DNA from: a virus
Lineage: Duplodnaviria; Caudoviricetes
IMG/VR virus record: IMGVR_UViG_3300049982_000337
Span: 11,097-75,096 of that record
DNA length: 64,000 bases
Direction: 5' to 3' (one strand)
The notes beneath the pieces were generated by a model. It ran no database searches. It was not told the origin of the DNA and saw nothing but the letters and a program-made list of their open reading frames with translations. Positions within the stretch are counted from its first letter, which is position 1. Every line of letters begins with the position of its first letter. Both the position numbers and the translations under genes were made by a program. Positions 1 to 7,663 of the stretch are shown piece by piece.

Positions 1-342
1 CTTCTTGGCTTTCTGGTCGGCCTTCTTCTTCCAGTTCGGCGCGTGGATCAGGCTGATGTCCGACCCGACGCCGAACGAGAGGACATGGGCGGCGGAGCCG
101 ATGTCCATCGCTCGCGTCGGCGCCTTCTTGGTCTCCTCGTCTTCCTCGTCTTCGTCCGGCTCTTCCACGGTGAGCTTGGGGTGGGCCGAGGCGGCGTGGG
201 CCAAGCTCTCGTTGAGACAGAGCTTCGCCACGCTGGCGTTCAGCGAGGGCTCCGGGCAGGGATCGTCCCGATATGCCTCCACCGGCACGCCCAGATAGAG
301 GCCGGGTCCGTCGATCTTCCCGGTCCAGAGACGCGCCTCCAT
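1..342 (-). CDS. RecE/exonuclease VIII-like (PD-(D/E)XK, DUF3799-type) protein, 5' part only
   Basis: Not in the ORF track. My translation: MEARLWTGKIDGPGLYLGVPVEAYRDDPCPEPSLNASVAKLCL...MDIGSAAHVL. The Y..DP.P.PSL.AS and GSAAH motifs are typical of phage ExoVIII N-termini. TGATG-coupled to the upstream gene. Confidence 0.7.
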   Translation of the reverse strand, partial: MEARLWTGKIDGPGLYLGVPVEAYRDDPCPEPSLNASVAKLCLNESLAHAASAHPKLTVEEPDEDEEDEETKKAPTRAMDIGSAAHVLSFGVGSDISLIHAPNWKKKADQKAKK

Positions 343-1568
343 CAGGCGGCCTCGGCGGTTTTGGCCGCGATCTGCTGGCCGAAGTCGATGCTCGTGTAGG
401 GGATCAGCTTGGCCGAGATCGCGCGGACGACGTCCTTTGCGACCGCCTCGTCGAGCGTGCATTGCTCGATCAGCGCCTCCTTGACGGCGCGCATGATGGT
501 GGAGCGATGGGGGATGTCGGCCTCGCGCGCAGCTTGGACCTCGCGCTGGCGCTGGGCGGCGGCTTCCTGGTCACGTCGCTCAGCCACGATCCGGTCAGCT
601 TCTTGCTTCCTGGCCGCCTCTGCCTCGTCGGCCCGACGGCGCTCGGCCGCGAGTTCCGCCTCGTGCTCCTGGTCGCGCCGGCGCTGCTCTCCTGCCGCCC
701 GTTCCTCAGCGTCCCGAGCGGCGGTCGCGGCCGCCTGCTGGCGAGCTTCCTCGGCACGGACCTCGGCAAGACGGCTCTCTTCGGCGGCGCGTTCCTGTGC
801 CGCGATGCGGTCCCGCTCGGCCTGATCTTCACGCTCGCGCTCTAGGCGGGCGGTTTCCTCCTCCTCGAGCCGGGTGGCTTCACGCGCTTCGGCCTCGGCC
901 TTTTCGGCCGCCTCGCGGGCCTCGCGCTCCGCCACCTCGGCGCGCAGGCGCTCCAGCTCGGCGCGGTCGAGTTCCTCCTTGCGGAGCCGTTCGAGCGCTG
1001 CGGCCAGGACCGTCAGGGCGTTGTCGCGGCGCTGAGAGGCGAGGTCGAATTCGATTCCGAACAGAGTGGGGTCGAGATTGCGGCCCCTGACCTCTTCCAG
1101 GCGAGCCTCGACCGTTGCGGCCGTGTCTTCGATGGTGACGACGGCGGCGGACGTGAGCCCGGCGAGCTGATCCTTCGCCTGCGCGATTCGCGTCTCTTCG
1201 GCGGCTTCCCAGTCGCTCAGCGGTTTGCGAACCAGATCGCGGAGCACATCGAGCTTGTCTCGGATGGCCTTGCGAGAGGCGTCGACCTTAGCGGTCTGAC
1301 TGCGCCATTCCTCAGTTAAACCTTTGCCCGCGGCGTCGATCGCGGTCTTCGTCTTGGTGACCTTGAACGCCAGGGCGGCGATTGCTTTGCGCCCCTTGTC
1401 CGTCGTCACGTCCGGCACGTGGGCGTCGGTCTCTGCCTTCACCTTGGCGTAGAAGGCATCGAACTGCTCGGGGTCCGTCAGGACGGTCAGGGCGGTCTCG
1501 CGCTCGATCACCACGGCGACCTCAGTGGTGCGCTCGATGATCTGCGGTTCTTTGACGGCGACGTTCAT
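342..1568 (-). CDS. Conserved phage coiled-coil protein (often mis-annotated as TolA-like)
   Basis: VPDVTTDKGRKAIAALAFKVTKTKTAIDAAGK N-terminal motif followed by a long E/R/A-rich coiled coil. Confidence 0.75.
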   Translation of the reverse strand: MNVAVKEPQIIERTTEVAVVIERETALTVLTDPEQFDAFYAKVKAETDAHVPDVTTDKGRKAIAALAFKVTKTKTAIDAAGKGLTEEWRSQTAKVDASRKAIRDKLDVLRDLVRKPLSDWEAAEETRIAQAKDQLAGLTSAAVVTIEDTAATVEARLEEVRGRNLDPTLFGIEFDLASQRRDNALTVLAAALERLRKEELDRAELERLRAEVAEREAREAAEKAEAEAREATRLEEEETARLEREREDQAERDRIAAQERAAEESRLAEVRAEEARQQAAATAARDAEERAAGEQRRRDQEHEAELAAERRRADEAEAARKQEADRIVAERRDQEAAAQRQREVQAAREADIPHRSTIMRAVKEALIEQCTLDEAVAKDVVRAISAKLIPYTSIDFGQQIAAKTAEAA

Positions 1569-1777
1569 AGTGCGCTCCGATGGAAGAAGGCCTGGCCGGC
1601 GCCGGTGGCGCGAGCGGTGCAGGGGTGGGTGTGGACGACGTCGGCGAGACCGAGGTCTTCGAGACGGACGGCGGCCGAGAGGGGAATTTTGCGGCCGAGG
1701 GGCGCACCGGCGCTGCCGGCGGCGACCAGGATCCGCAGCGCGTCGTGCTCGGCGGGTTGGAGGTGCAGGACACCCAT
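1565..1777 (-). CDS. Hypothetical phage protein
   Basis: Coupled to both neighbours by stop/start overlaps. Confidence 0.55.
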   Translation of the reverse strand: MGVLHLQPAEHDALRILVAAGSAGAPLGRKIPLSAAVRLEDLGLADVVHTHPCTARATGAGQAFFHRSAL

Positions 1778-2001
1778 CAGCGAGCCGCCTGCAGTTGGCC
1801 GACCTTCAGGCCGTCGATGCCGCGCTTACCGGCGCCATCGAGCCAGCTCTGAAGCTCCTCTTCCGAGAGGCCGTACTTCGCGACCGCCAGGCCGAAGCTG
1901 ATGCGCCCGCACTGGACGTCGTTGACCACGTCGAGCTTCCGTCCCGGCGTCCAGCGCAGGTCCACTGTCGTCGCGTGATGAGCGGGCCAGGCGCTCGCCA
2001 T
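1777..2001 (-). CDS. sciP: SciP/DUF1153-like small HTH protein (CtrA-inhibitor homologue)
   Basis: RWTPGRKLDVVNDVQCGRISFGLAVAKYGLSEEELQSWLDGAGKRGIDGLKVGQLQ matches the SciP pattern RW..RRKAEVV.AV.GGL.SL.EAC.RY.L..EEF.SW......G..GLR....Q. Confidence 0.75.
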   Translation of the reverse strand: MASAWPAHHATTVDLRWTPGRKLDVVNDVQCGRISFGLAVAKYGLSEEELQSWLDGAGKRGIDGLKVGQLQAAR

Positions 2002-2002
2002 C

Positions 2003-2245
2003 TCAGTGACCGCCCTCGATCAGCTCTTCGACGGACAGCCAGGCATAGACGTCACGGGGCGCGGGCAGGGGCGCCGAGGCCGGCGGGTAGACCTGAGGCG
2101 CGGGGACTGCGGGCTTGCCCGTCCAGGCCATCAGGCGCGCGCCGATGCTGCCCTTGTGACGGAAGGTCCGGCCATGGGGCTCGACGTCGTCCAGCCGGAA
2201 CGCGGCGAGGTCCATGGTCTGCACGGTGGCGCGACCGAGGCTCAC
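2003..2245 (-). CDS. Hypothetical phage protein
   Basis: In-operon ORF with a 4-bp overlap to the upstream gene. Confidence 0.55.
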   Translation of the reverse strand: MSLGRATVQTMDLAAFRLDDVEPHGRTFRHKGSIGARLMAWTGKPAVPAPQVYPPASAPLPAPRDVYAWLSVEELIEGGH

Positions 2246-2508
2246 GACGCTGGCCCCGTGATCCGCACGGTCGCGCCCTTAAGCAGACCCTTGCAGACCG
2301 CGCCCTTGACGCGGGTGCCGTTGGCGCCAGTTGCCTCGAAGGTCCGCGTCCAGCCCTCCTTGTCGGAACAGCCGAACCACGAGTTGCCGCCGAGTTCGAC
2401 CTGGGTGAAGCCCATGGCGTGGGTCGCCTGCAGGGCGGTGCTCTTTCGCACCTCGCAGCCGCCGAGGGCGACGGCAGCGATGGCAATGATCGCCAGCCGT
2501 TGCATCAC
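2242..2508 (-). CDS. Putative small lipoprotein
   Basis: N-terminal hydrophobic stretch and lipobox ALGGC; C-terminal GAVCKGLLKGATVR. Confidence 0.65.
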   Translation of the reverse strand: MMQRLAIIAIAAVALGGCEVRKSTALQATHAMGFTQVELGGNSWFGCSDKEGWTRTFEATGANGTRVKGAVCKGLLKGATVRITGPAS

Positions 2509-2711
2509 CGCGTACCCTCGGCGACGACCGGCCGGCCACCGCCGCGCGAGTTCTGGCCACCGGTCTTCCCGGCCGCGGCGGCGAGGTCGCGGTCCTTGGC
2601 GAAGCTGCGTTTCTCACCGGGCACGCTAGCCCCGCCCTTACGGGCGATCTCGGTGCGACGCTCGACGGTCATGCCGGCGAATCCGCGCTTGGACTTCGTG
2701 GTGGTGCTCAT
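2505..2711 (-). CDS. KGG-repeat general stress protein (YciG/GsiB/Con-10-like)
   Basis: From ATG 2711: MSTTTKSKRGFAGMTVERRTEIARKGGASVPGEKRSFAKDRDLAAAAGKTGG. RGFA.M...R..EIARKGG is the KGG signature. Confidence 0.85.
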   Translation of the reverse strand: MSTTTKSKRGFAGMTVERRTEIARKGGASVPGEKRSFAKDRDLAAAAGKTGGQNSRGGGRPVVAEGTR

Positions 2712-2938
2712 AGCGGTAGGGTCTCCTGGGCTGTCTCGAAGGAGAGGCGCATGGCCTCGGTGAGCTGATCGACCTTGTGCTTGGCCTGGGCGCGGGCGCG
2801 CTCGGTGGCCTGCGGGTCCTTGGATGCGGCGAGGTGCTGGGCCAGGGCCGAGGTGCATTGCCCCTTGGTCAGCCGCTGGCCGCTCGAATGGGTGACCCAG
2901 CCCGAACCCATTCCGTAGAAGAACGGGCCCTTGCTCAT
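2708..2938 (-). CDS. Hypothetical phage protein
   Basis: MSKGPFFYGMGSGW...; ATGA overlaps on both sides. Confidence 0.55.
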   Translation of the reverse strand: MSKGPFFYGMGSGWVTHSSGQRLTKGQCTSALAQHLAASKDPQATERARAQAKHKVDQLTEAMRLSFETAQETLPL

Positions 2939-3066
2939 CCCGGCAGTCCCGCGAGACCGCCCATCCACATGACGATCTGATAGAGGCCGGCGGCGATCAC
3001 GAGCGCGCTGACGGCGTTGTAGGTGATGCGCTCCAGGCGCGTGGGTGCGGGTTCGCGGCGGCGCAT
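2935..3066 (-). CDS. Small membrane peptide (43 aa)
   Basis: Not in the ORF track: MRRREPAPTRLERITYNAVSALVIAAGLYQIVMWMGGLAGLPG. Coupled at both ends. Confidence 0.55.
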   Translation of the reverse strand: MRRREPAPTRLERITYNAVSALVIAAGLYQIVMWMGGLAGLPG

Positions 3067-3254
3067 CAGGCGCGCCCCTGCAGCGCTAGCGCCGCTTCGA
3101 TTTTGACCCTCTCGGTATTGGCAATCGCGCCGACGCCGACGATCAGCAGAATGGCCATGGCGGCGGCGTAGATCGCAGCCCGCCCCCTGGCCTTTTCGCA
3201 GAATGCGTTGATTGCCCGGCAGAACGCGTAGCCGGCGAAGAACAGCGAGAACAT
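3066..3254 (-). CDS. Small membrane protein
   Basis: Two hydrophobic segments; TGATG coupling. Confidence 0.55.
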   Translation of the reverse strand: MFSLFFAGYAFCRAINAFCEKARGRAAIYAAAMAILLIVGVGAIANTERVKIEAALALQGRA

Positions 3255-3478
3255 CAGGACTGGCCCTCCGCTTCGACCGGCGCGTAGTCGAGCGCCGTCG
3301 GGTGGCTGGGCGAGGCGAAGTTCTGCCCGTCGAACCGCACCATGACGTGGTGGCCCTGGGACGGGTTCTCGCGGGCGATGGTCCCGAAGGAGCGCGGCCC
3401 TTTCATCTCCGGGTGGCGCACACGGGCGCCGACAACCGGGTTCACGCCGTAGGTGCGCTTGACGTAGTCGTAGGCCAT
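3254..3478 (-). CDS. Hypothetical phage protein
   Basis: MAYDYVKRTYGVNPVVGARV...HPTALDY, a small phage-type ORF; TGATG coupling. Confidence 0.65.
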   Translation of the reverse strand: MAYDYVKRTYGVNPVVGARVRHPEMKGPRSFGTIARENPSQGHHVMVRFDGQNFASPSHPTALDYAPVEAEGQS

Positions 3479-3867
3479 CAGGCGTGTTCCTTCTGGCCGA
3501 GCGCCGCTTCGAGCTTGGCGATCACAGGGTCGATGTCGGTGGCGAGGAAGGCCGCGGTCTCGGCGTCTAGGGTTTCGAGGACGGGCTCGAACGTCGCCGG
3601 GTCGAGGACGCGCGCGCTCGAGATCAGCTCCGACCGATCGGCCTTGATGATCGCTAGGGCCAGGGTTGCAGCGTCGACCAGCGCGGTGTTCTCAGCCACC
3701 ACGTGGTGGAGATCGCTCGCAAGAACCGTTGACCCGCCCGGCCCGTAGGACCGAACCAGCGCCTCCATGTACGAAGAGCGAGGCGAAGAGAGAGCCGCTT
3801 GCAGCTTCTTGACGCGCGCAAGCCTGTTCCGCGGAACGTCCAGCTTGCTGTTGAAGGTGGAGGACAT
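3478..3867 (-). CDS. Hypothetical phage protein
   Basis: In-operon ORF; TGATG coupling. Confidence 0.6.
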   Translation of the reverse strand: MSSTFNSKLDVPRNRLARVKKLQAALSSPRSSYMEALVRSYGPGGSTVLASDLHHVVAENTALVDAATLALAIIKADRSELISSARVLDPATFEPVLETLDAETAAFLATDIDPVIAKLEAALGQKEHA

Positions 3868-4628
3868 CAGGCGGCCCTCTGAACGTCGAAGGAGATAAGG
3901 ACGGTGTTGACCCCGGTTCCGGCCTCGCGGAACGATCCTTCAGGCAGGTGCTCGCAGGTGCCTCGATTGCCGTCGACGAGGTCGCGGACCGCCCGATAGT
4001 GCGCAGTCTCGCGGAAGGTCACGGCAGCGCTCATAATGGCGACCAACCGCCCGCCCGGCCTCAGCATCTTCACCGCGTGCAGGACGTGAAGGGCGTCCTG
4101 CTGCTTCGCGAATGGCGGGTTCATGATGACGCGGTCGAAGCGGTCGGTGGGCCCCATCGTCATGAAGTCTTGTTCGTGGACACGACACTCGAGGGCGAAC
4201 TCCGCCCTAAGCTTCTCCGCGGCTGTGCTGTCGAGCTCGCACGCCTCGACCAGTGCGCCCGTGGCCAGCGCAGGGCGGATTAGCGCTCCACCGCCAGCGC
4301 TGGGCTCCAGGACAAGATCGTCCGCACAGATCTCCGCCGTTGCCACGACGCGCGCAGCCAGCTCGGCGGGGGTGAAGAAGGCTTGAAAGTCCTGCTTCCG
4401 GTTCGTGATCTCGCCGGTCAGCAGGATGGGATCGATGGCGTCGGCTGCATTGATCGCAAAGACGTGGGCACCAGCCTTCCGGTCCCACTTGCCGCCGGCC
4501 AGCTCCAGCGCCTTGTTGGTGGCGACGTAGAGCTTCCGGTCGAGGGACGCTGGCAGGTGTAGAGCCGTCCCGTCTGTGATGGAGAGATCGAGGACCTCAA
4601 GGACCTCGTGGGAAAGTCGCAGGGCCAT
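3867..4628 (-). CDS. DNA adenine (N6) methyltransferase
   Basis: True start is probably ATG 4628 (MALRLSHEV). FFTP, VLEPSAGGG (motif I) and VIMNPPF (motif IV), in gamma order. Confidence 0.9.
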   Translation of the reverse strand: MALRLSHEVLEVLDLSITDGTALHLPASLDRKLYVATNKALELAGGKWDRKAGAHVFAINAADAIDPILLTGEITNRKQDFQAFFTPAELAARVVATAEICADDLVLEPSAGGGALIRPALATGALVEACELDSTAAEKLRAEFALECRVHEQDFMTMGPTDRFDRVIMNPPFAKQQDALHVLHAVKMLRPGGRLVAIMSAAVTFRETAHYRAVRDLVDGNRGTCEHLPEGSFREAGTGVNTVLISFDVQRAA

Positions 4629-4990
4629 CAGCGCGCACCCGGCAGGCTGTAGGACGCGAGGTCCGCGGCCAGCAGGCTGAAGTCGACGCGGTGCTCCAGC
4701 AGCGTGGCCTGGACGTCGAGATTGAAGGCGCGGGTTTCGAGGTCGAGGCAGCAGGCGAGGGCCTGGGCCTGCAGGTCGTCGAAGTGGGCGGCTCGCTCTG
4801 TTTCGCCGCGGCGCCGGGCGCCAGCGGCCTTGCCCGCATACTCGGCCTCGGCCTCCATCACCTTCTCGGCCCGATGGTTCAGATCGGCGGCTTCGAGGCG
4901 GTAGAGCGCGGCGATCTCGGCGCGGTTGCTGACAGCAGCCGGCGAGGTGCGGGCGCGGAAGCGGGCGAGTTCTATGACGGCCCCCATCAC
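4628..4990 (-). CDS. Hypothetical helical protein
   Basis: Coupled ORF in the leftward operon. Confidence 0.55.
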   Translation of the reverse strand: MMGAVIELARFRARTSPAAVSNRAEIAALYRLEAADLNHRAEKVMEAEAEYAGKAAGARRRGETERAAHFDDLQAQALACCLDLETRAFNLDVQATLLEHRVDFSLLAADLASYSLPGAR

Positions 4991-5307
4991 GCCGCCGCCC
5001 GAACTTGCCGAGCGCCGGTGTACGCGCCGGAGAGAGAGGGGCGAGCCGCGCGTTCATTGCAGACCAGATCACCGACCGTGACGGTGAGGGCGTCCAGGGG
5101 CATCCGGCGTTGCCGGTTCATCCAGGCGCCCCAAAGCTTCGACACTTCAGCGTCCGACAGATCGGAGAGCGTGGCCGGAGCCGCTTCCACTGCCAGATCG
5201 GCGAGGTGGGCGTTCAGCAGGTCCGAGTTGAAGACCGAGACCTTACCGGCGATCAGGCGTTCGCCTGGGCGGCAGATCGAAGCGGTTGGGGTGGTGTCGC
5301 TGGGCAC
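4987..5307 (-). CDS. First gene of the leftward (pL) operon, hypothetical
   Basis: GTG start at 5307 preceded by a GGAG RBS, just downstream of the left operators. Confidence 0.55.
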   Translation of the reverse strand: MPSDTTPTASICRPGERLIAGKVSVFNSDLLNAHLADLAVEAAPATLSDLSDAEVSKLWGAWMNRQRRMPLDALTVTVGDLVCNERAARPSLSGAYTGARQVRAAA

Positions 5308-5336
5308 GTTGTCTCTCCGGTGTTGGAGAGAGAATA

Positions 5337-5381
5337 TACGGAGTTTCGTAGATCGCAATTGGGAAAATACGAAACATCGTA
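5337..5381. promoter_or_regulatory. Left operator OL: two 14-bp TACG-N6-CGTA sites (5337-5350, 5368-5381)
   Basis: TACGGAGTTTCGTA and TACGAAACATCGTA; the same sequences recur between cI and cro. Confidence 0.85.
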
Positions 5382-5507
5382 GATTTCAAAGTGCTCGGCG
5401 CAAAGCGTAGCTGCGACAGGAGCGGACGCAGGCCATACACGTCAGCGTTGACTTGGCGCACGCGGACGGGAATCAGTCGTTAACACTTGAGGGAGGGGAT
5501 GCCCGAT

Positions 5508-5765
5508 ATGACGCGTCGCACCGTCTACTGCGTTCAGACCTACAGCCACCGGGCCTGCGTCCTCGTGGCAAGCCAGATAGAGCGGTTCCGCAGTGAGACC
5601 GAGGCGACCAGGCAGGCAAATTATCTAAGGCCACGAGTGTCTGGCGGCGTCATCTTCAGTCAGGAGGTCGATCCCGAGTTCGACGTCCTCGGCGAGCCGT
5701 GCCTGCTTGCTGCATATGGGGAGTTGCCCGAAGGTGCCCGACTAGGCGTGGGGACGGCGGGGTAA
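5508..5765 (+). CDS. Hypothetical protein in the immunity region, convergent with cI
   Basis: GGAGG upstream; MTRRTVYCVQTY...GEPCLLAAYGELP. Confidence 0.6.
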   Translation: MTRRTVYCVQTYSHRACVLVASQIERFRSETEATRQANYLRPRVSGGVIFSQEVDPEFDVLGEPCLLAAYGELPEGARLGVGTAG

Positions 5766-5812
5766 GCAGGCCGGTACAATCAGAGCGCACAAATGGCGAA
5801 CGAGGAAGCCGG

Positions 5813-6337
5813 CTAGCCGTCAGTGCCAGTGAAGGTCCTCAGAACCTTGATGGCTTGCTGCTGGTTTTCGGCAGGCACGGTGCTGGCGAGCGCCACGATG
5901 TCCGATTTGGCGAGTGCCGGCGACTTGAAGAGGTTGCCCTCGTTGGTCCCAAAGAGTGGCGCTAAACGCCGCATCCATTTTCCAGTGAGATCGATTTCGC
6001 CGGCCTCGAGTTGCAAAACCACCTGGACAGAAGTCTTCAAAGCGGCGGCTACGTCCTCGACAGTAAGCCCGGCTTCCGCTCGCCATTCGCCGATATGGTT
6101 GGGCTCAAGCTCGGCATCGACGACGGGTGCCGCACCGAAGATGGCTTCGACGGACACCCCATAGGCGCTGGCAATGCGCGCCTCCAGGTCACCCTTCATG
6201 CTCGCTGTTGGCTTCGCGGCGTAGGAGTTGATCGTCGACGGTGTGACGCCAACCCGCGTCGCGATCCGATTTGGGTTCAGGCCGTTGGCGGCCATCCAGG
6301 CCAAAAAGTTCGCGTGGCGACGGGCGGCAAGATCCAT
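5813..6337 (-). CDS. cI: CI-like prophage repressor with two XRE-type HTH domains
   Basis: Start at ATG 6337 (MDLAARR). HTH1 LNPNRIATRVGVTPSTINSY; HTH2 WRAEAGLTVEDVAAALKTSVQVVLQLEAGE. Divergent from cro. No S24 peptidase domain seen. Confidence 0.85.
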   Translation of the reverse strand: MDLAARRHANFLAWMAANGLNPNRIATRVGVTPSTINSYAAKPTASMKGDLEARIASAYGVSVEAIFGAAPVVDAELEPNHIGEWRAEAGLTVEDVAAALKTSVQVVLQLEAGEIDLTGKWMRRLAPLFGTNEGNLFKSPALAKSDIVALASTVPAENQQQAIKVLRTFTGTDG

Positions 6338-6357
6338 CGCTATTATCTGCCCCAAAA

Positions 6358-6419
6358 TACGAAACTCCGTAATGACGATGTTTCGTAGTTTGAGCTTGCG
6401 GGTTCTACGAAACATCGTA
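6358..6419. promoter_or_regulatory. Right operator OR: three 14-bp sites (6358-6371, 6374-6387, 6406-6419)
   Basis: TACGAAACTCCGTA, GACGATGTTTCGTA (reverse complement TACGAAACATCGTC) and TACGAAACATCGTA, between the divergent cI and cro starts. Confidence 0.85.
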
Positions 6420-6430
6420 GATTGCGGCTC

Positions 6431-6652
6431 ATGTCAGACGTCGCCCGCGCCATTCAGAACATCGAAGCCGTTGCCGAAGAGCTAGGGCTCGCGGAATTCG
6501 CCCGCGAGGCGGACGTCCCGTACACGACCGCAGCCGATTGGAAGTCGCGCGGTTGGCGTCCGAAGTGGGTGGTGACGCTGGAGAAATTCGCAGCGGCTGC
6601 CGATCGCCGACGCGCGCCTGAAGCATCACCAACCCAGGATGCCGCAGCGTGA
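6431..6652 (+). CDS. cro: Cro-like HTH protein
   Basis: LGLAEFAREADVPYTTAADWKSRGW HTH; first gene of the rightward operon. Confidence 0.8.
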   Translation: MSDVARAIQNIEAVAEELGLAEFAREADVPYTTAADWKSRGWRPKWVVTLEKFAAAADRRRAPEASPTQDAAA

Positions 6653-6837
6653 GCGAGCTCCAGGCAATCGCGCTGTGCATCGCGTTCGGGTCGCTCGGTC
6701 ACGCCATCGGATCGATAATCCTGATCCGCGAGATCAGAGCTTTGGCGGAGGCCCTGTCTCTCACGGTCACCATCAGCACCGCTGACTTGAAAGGCGCCTT
6801 CGACCAGACGTGTACCGACGCGAAGAGCCGGCCATGA
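6649..6837 (+). CDS. Small hydrophobic hypothetical protein
   Basis: GTGA-coupled to cro; overlaps an opposite-strand ORF. Confidence 0.45.
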   Translation: MSELQAIALCIAFGSLGHAIGSIILIREIRALAEALSLTVTISTADLKGAFDQTCTDAKSRP

Positions 6838-7178
6838 TTGTCCTTGCCCATTCGGCACGTCACCGCCCGCATGGAGAGCCAATCTCCGTCGATGGACTTC
6901 GTCCCATTCGGGAGGGTCTTCGTCGCGCCGCCGCCGGGCAGCAAGAACAGTTTCTTTGGCCAAAGGCCTGTGACGATCAGCTGACCCTCGAGGATCTGGC
7001 CTTGCGCGTCGTAGATGACCTCTATGCCGCACATCTTCTCGTTGAGGCGGGAGCCGAGCAGCGAGAGCTGTCGCGAGTGCCGTCGATAGGCGCCAAGCGC
7101 CAAGCGACCGACCTGGATCGCGATGGTCACCACGGCCGCAATTCCGGCTACGCCCGTCCAGTCGAGGTTCATGCTCAA
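6699..7178 (-). CDS. Hypothetical membrane-anchored protein (antisense moron)
   Basis: N-terminal TM (VAGIAAVVTIAIQV) followed by a globular beta-rich domain. Confidence 0.5.
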   Translation of the reverse strand: MSMNLDWTGVAGIAAVVTIAIQVGRLALGAYRRHSRQLSLLGSRLNEKMCGIEVIYDAQGQILEGQLIVTGLWPKKLFLLPGGGATKTLPNGTKSIDGDWLSMRAVTCRMGKDNHGRLFASVHVWSKAPFKSAVLMVTVRDRASAKALISRIRIIDPMA

Positions 7179-7663
7179 GCATCAGTCATGGCCTCGCTCA
7201 TGTCGAGCACGGCCTGACCGATGCCGCGGGGGGCCTTCACCGACATTCGAGATCACGCGCGGAGGGTCCTGACAGCGCCCCCCGCCCAGCCTGCCGCGCG
7301 TGTGGCCCTCGGCCGTGTATTGGCCGGGGGTCTTCCATTCCTGAGATCGTGGCTTCCGGCGTCGAGCCCGGCTGGCTGCGTTTCACGGCCGGCCAGCCAT
7401 GCCCGGACGTGTGTGAGGCAGGCCCGCAGCGCTCGCCGCGGGCCTGCTGAACTTCTCCAGGGTTCCCGCCCTGAAGCATGGCCGGCGCATTCCCAGCGCC
7501 TTCCAAAAAAACCGCGTGCCCTGGCGTTCTCGCGCCTTGCACGTCGTCTCGTCTCGGTCCTGACCGCTATCCCAGCACGTCAGGGCCGCATCAAACATCT
7601 CCGTATCGAACTCCCTATCCATGACGCGTCCCCCCGGGGCGCCGCCCTTCGTCGTGCTGAAAC

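Noticed and set aside
342-1568. TolA or membrane-integrity function for the coiled-coil protein
   Set aside because: The similarity would be compositional (E/A/R-rich) only; there is no TM anchor, and the context is the phage recombination operon.
3867-5072. 401-aa ORF as called in the track
   Set aside because: The N-terminal 148 aa overlap the real 4628-4990 gene in another frame; the MTase starts at the coupled ATG 4628.
5400-6430. CtrA boxes (TTAA-N7-TTAA) in phage control regions
   Set aside because: Only isolated TTAA half-sites were seen in the intergenic regions inspected; no full box.
7180-7660. ORFs 7221-7667, 7237-7542 and 7383-7622
   Set aside because: Mutually overlapping, with no RBS, coupling or motif support; cannot choose a real gene.
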